From Phallusia mammillata (lineage: Eukaryota): a stretch of DNA of 64,000 nucleotides. The stretch covers positions 12,648,001 to 12,712,000 of the forward strand of contig OZ281498.1 of the NCBI GenBank assembly GCA_965637545.1, in the 5' to 3' direction. Below are positions 59,601 through 64,000 of this stretch, in pieces; position 1 is the stretch's first letter, and each line of letters begins with the position of its first letter. The notes beneath the pieces were generated by a model. It was not told the origin of the DNA. It worked only from the letters and a program-made list of their open reading frames with translations, and made no database searches. The translations under genes and the position numbers were made by a program.

Positions 59601-62600
59601 ATTTGCAGTCACTGAAGTATAAAGGATACTTAATGTGCCGAAGTGCACATTTATATTTGCATTGCGTGCCTTGTAGGCCGGTCCACACGCGTTCTGGCAT
59701 TCGTATCCGCGTCAAAACAAGCCCAGCTTTGATCTCACGCAATCCAACACATCCATCAAGTGCGACTATTTGACTTTCTGGCCTCCAAGCTAACAAACAT
59801 CGCCTGTGTTTGGAGCTTGTCAGGAAATAGTATGAAGGGTGGGGCTCTATCCACACGATCCAAAATTCGACTGTAGCTTTGTATAGCACACATTGCGTCA
59901 AGGTTCAGCCTGCTGCTAATGGTACCTTTTCCATTAATGTCTATGCCTGGTTTAAGTACCCGGTATCTTTTTCAAAATGTGACACACGCATTTTATCACT
60001 GTTTGTATTTTGTTGTGTAAAATACGGTAAAACTGGAGGGGTGGATTGTACTGATTTACCTTTACAACCAGCTATAAAGTTTGACTAGACAAGGCTATCG
60101 GGTTGTTAATGGCAGTAGAAGTCAGTGCTAATGGCGAGCGGCACAGTTTCACGTGAAAAACCCACACACCACTTTTAAAGGGCGTGACCTAATGGAATTC
60201 GCAATTTTCCTTGCACCCAACTGTTGGAACTCAATACAATGATTGCGCCCCTAATTTTAAAAGTAAACAAAGTCGTAATGGCCAGTAGCGGACAATTTCA
60301 CTTTTATAATAGCCTTGTGATGCGGTGCGATCAGAACAAGCCCAACGATAACATTGCGTTTGTATAGATTGGGATTAACCGTATCGCACCTGATCTCGCC
60401 TCTCAGGCCCAGGTCAAAACAGACTTACCGCAAAGTTGTTGTTGCAAACCCACCGAGTCGGCCGAAGGGTCAAGGGTGGTTGCGTGGGAACCACGTGACC
60501 CCCAAACACATTCAAGCCACTTGCTTGTGCCTAATGCTCTTGCTTTTGGGCTGATTATAAAACCAAACGGCAATGTCGGTTAAAATTGTGTTTTTTTGTT
60601 TTCAGAACCTCCATCGAAGCCCCAGAATGTCACTTATGTCGTCGACAAGTGTTCCGTTTCACTTCGGTGGTCAGAGCCTGCCTCCAGCGGTAAAAGGGAT
60701 GACTTGTACTACAGGTGATTTTTTGTGATTTTTAGCTTTCAAGGTATTAGACTGTTTTTTCCACTACTGGGGTAGGAAATCCGTGTGTTTAGTTAACTCG
60801 CAAAGCTCGAAACGAAACTACCCTGAACACTTTTTTCACTAGACAGACACTTTAGGTTCAGAAGTTCAAACGCTATTTGTTATTTTAGGCCTATATACAA
60901 TTAGCACACTTCGTGGGGCGTTGAAATATTGATGCCGAGTCCAAAGGGTTAAACCAGTAGACTGCGTGGTTTTAAAGAAGTCCCAACCAAGCTGCTATTT
61001 CAGACGCTGATAAGCCCCCCGAAATCTCACATTTCCCTAACGACGCAGATTGGCCTGTAGCACTTTTCTCTACATGAAATATTAACTACGGCTTTGTGTG
61101 TGACTGCCGCGGAATTTGCGTTTCTTTTTCTTGAGCTGTCGTCGCAATATAATAATATCATATCCTGAGGCTGTTTGACCGACGTCGCCAAAGTCACGCT
61201 TTGTCATTGGTCTGTAATTCCCCGTAAGCGGAGCCAATATGTACGCCGTGAAATAACGAACAGGGATTTTTTATTCCAATTAACCGACATGACAACTACC
61301 AGTTACAAACATTTTGATCATACGGCTGCAATTAAACATGTTTTTGTTATGTTTTAGTGTCACATGCCAACAATGTAAATCACAAAAGAGAGACTGTGTA
61401 CCCTGCCCGGACACGGTTGACTACACACCAGCTCGCCCGAAACACCTCACCCAGACGTCACTGGCTATCGCAGACTTGGATCCTTTCTCCTATTACGTCA
61501 TCACAGTAAGTTTAGCTTGCGCCCCCCAGTTATCGAAGAGTTGGTACTGTGCGACATGTGTGGTTAATCCTCGACCCAGCCCTTTCCACAGTTGCGTTGT
61601 TGTGAGTCAACCGGGCACTTGAAATGTTAACAAGTCACCCAAAGCCTGTCTCATGCACTGCGACTATGAATCGGTGATGATGTGATGTAGGGCTTAACAA
61701 CAAACTACCGGTGGTTTCCGATATGTATGTAACGTTACATTGCGACTTGTTGTTAGAGTGTGGGATAAGGTATTGATTTTCACACGATAAACAGCAGATA
61801 CTGATTTGTTTGGTTTTGTGTAATAAAGGGTGTGTTGACCCTTCTTTGTGTGAAATCCATCGCAGTTTAGAGATTCGGTTCCTTTTCCAATCGATTTAAA
61901 CAATCAATTCGCAATTTGGTTATCTTTTGAGTCGATCTGATTTTGTCAGTCAGCTGCGATATTAATCTTGTTTTGTGCCAAATACTCTATAAACTTGATT
62001 TACAGAATCACGACTCATATTTTTTTTCTAGCGGCAGATTTAATCCGTTTCTCGGCGTACAAGTGGCCAAATCATAACCTACGCACATTTAACTGCCAGC
62101 GGCGCAATAAACCTCAAGTGCCTGCTGTATGCTGCAATTTTGAGACAAAGGACACTTTTTAAGTCGTCATTCGTGGTTTATACCTCAGTTTTAAGCTTCA
62201 GTGTGACCATTGTCCGTACATTGCATCAACTTATATCATTTGTCACAAAACCTGGTAGAACCGCTCAGCAAAGGCCTTTTCGTCATTGCTTTCGCCGTTA
62301 AGTTGACAAATTATCGCCTGTTAGGTGTCGTATTCTCTATAACGTAGGTTCGTGGTCAATCAAATTATCAGGTGTCACCACTTTATGCGTTTATTTTGTG
62401 TAGGTGACATCACTTAACGGCGTGACGTCAGAATCCAGCACCGCACCAGCTTACCAGAGCATCGAGTTCGCAACCAGTGAAGCAGGTATTTTATGGAAAT
62501 TTTGATTTGTTTTGGAACAAAACTATTGTCTCCGTCCTTGGCTTAGTATGTCTGTTTATAGACTTTTCGGCAAAATTGTACCTTTAATCACCAACAATTT

Positions 62601-63845
62601 TATAAATAATAGTATAACACCATGTTATCAACACAAAGCACATTCGTGTCCGTTTATTTTTGTCAGCCAATTTCAATTTTACAATACACGATCAATTAAC
62701 ATAAAATTCGCTATCTTTAGTTCCTTCTGTGGTGAACAACCTCGTTTTGGTGGCAAGTGGTAAAACTAGCCTTACCATACAATGGGCCCCTCCCACTAAA
62801 CCCAACGGACTCATCTTAGACTACGAAGTTCAGGCTGCCCCTGTTGAGAAATCGGGTGAAATTTCTGCTCCTATAAAGAAGCAGGTAAGCACGTGACAAT
62901 CTTGTGACAATCTCTCAATTGAATCACGTCTTAATTGATCACCATAACTGAATGTGTTAGACTTTGACCTTATGTTGACTTTTTGAACTTTTCAGATTGC
63001 GTCACATAACGTTACTATTGAAGGATTGGCAAGTGGTGAGACGTATGTGGTCAAAATTCGAGCGCGTACTTCCGCTGGTTTTGGCCAGTTCAGTCAACCT
63101 CTCTCTTATACAACGCTTGAGGGTGAGTACACAGAAGTCTATGGTAGAAATTATGAAACCGCTACGCCGGTACAGCACCGACTTGATCCGACGTTAATGC
63201 GCACAGTCGTGAGTGGAAAGTACGCAGTATCCGAAAAACATCTGCATTGCGCTTTAAAGCTTAAGACTGTTTTAAGACAAAAGCTCAGTGGTTTGTGACA
63301 CATTAAAAAGGCGAAACATTCTACAAATTTGTGTTTAATACTGAGCTATCTCATCTCTTTATTTTAATTATTATAAAACCTATTAAATGTAACTTTTCGC
63401 TATATGTTTGTGCAGAAGCCGGAACTGGGAAGACGATTGTTTCTGAAGGAAGCAGCACAATTCTAATCATCATTATTGTAGCAGCCGTCGCCCTTATTGC
63501 CATAGCAGCAGTGCTATGTATTATGCGAAGACGAAAACTTCGCCTTCTCAAAGAAGCTGATATCCGCGCACGTTCCAAGCTACCTGACAACGAACAACTT
63601 ATCGTTAGAGATGAATTCTCGAGCAGCATGGGTGGTCAGTACATTTTAATTTCGTTTTGATCCCTTGGTGTTTGATACCAATACATGACACCTAGGCGCG
63701 TTTTCAGGGATTAATTTTATCCGATTTTTAGGTCGAAATGCGCGCAAGACATATGTGGATTACAGAGACCCACACAAAGGAGTGAAAGAAATCGCCCGTG
63801 AGATCGAAGTGTCTAAGATAAAGATCGACCGTGTGATTGGACGAG
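44672..63845 (+). CDS. Eph: Ephrin receptor tyrosine kinase (Eph), paralog 2; 5' part (14 coding exons, signal peptide to start of kinase), continues beyond the window
   Basis: Exons 44672-44741 (MYLFYLLLLWSLNLLASQVHADT), 46227-46294, 49206-49318, 50041-50283, 50349-50545, 50625-50729, 54942-55097, 60606-60714, 61358-61505, 62404-62485, 62721-62884, 62996-63122, 63416-63634 (TM), 63732-63845 (KTYVDYRDP...VIGR). GT-AG, phases match paralog 1, and several exon lengths are identical (68, 113, 197, 105, 109, 82, 127). Confidence 0.93.
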
Positions 63846-64000
63846 GTATGTGCACGTGACCTCATGCGGACGCAGCCATTTTGTTTCAAGCTCATTGTGT
63901 GCCGTTTGCTTAACGAAGAATGGCATTGGTTAATAAGTTACAACACGACCTCTTTAAAAGTTGAAGCCATTTTGTTTGAGGCCATGATGGCTCTGTTATG

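Noticed and set aside
59395-59901. 168-aa minus-strand ORF and other 60-150 aa intronic ORFs
   Set aside because: No recognisable motifs, mostly non-ATG starts; consistent with chance ORFs in long introns.

Overview
Eukaryotic (animal) genomic DNA, AT-rich, with GT-AG introns; most likely an ascidian/tunicate (inferred from tandem lineage-specific Eph paralogs, many short introns and acceptor-like sites before start codons, not proven). The first ~13.4 kb is a fast-evolving accessory block. It holds a Penelope-like retroelement relic with an intact-looking minimal hammerhead ribozyme, and two intronless, convergently oriented paralogs encoding a GlnD/GlnE/DUF294-type nucleotidyltransferase fused to TPR repeats (copy A intact, 862 aa; copy B with a TGG>TGA nonsense codon and a later +1 frameshift). 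Between them lies an intronless secreted microbial-type polyhydroxybutyrate depolymerase, and beyond them a 3-exon NXPE-family gene interrupted by one in-frame TAG. Copy B and the NXPE gene share a homologous ~100-140 bp upstream element. The remaining ~49 kb holds two tandem Eph receptor tyrosine kinase genes: a complete 21-exon gene (~954 aa, apparently lacking the SAM domain) and the first 14 coding exons of a second one. Both have a remodelled ligand-binding G-H loop and a compressed juxtamembrane tyrosine motif. Three hAT-type MITEs with 8-bp TSDs and a satellite-bearing element are also present. The best candidate for an undescribed system is the paired NTase-TPR locus flanking the PHB depolymerase. 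All family assignments come from motif recognition by eye; no searches were run.
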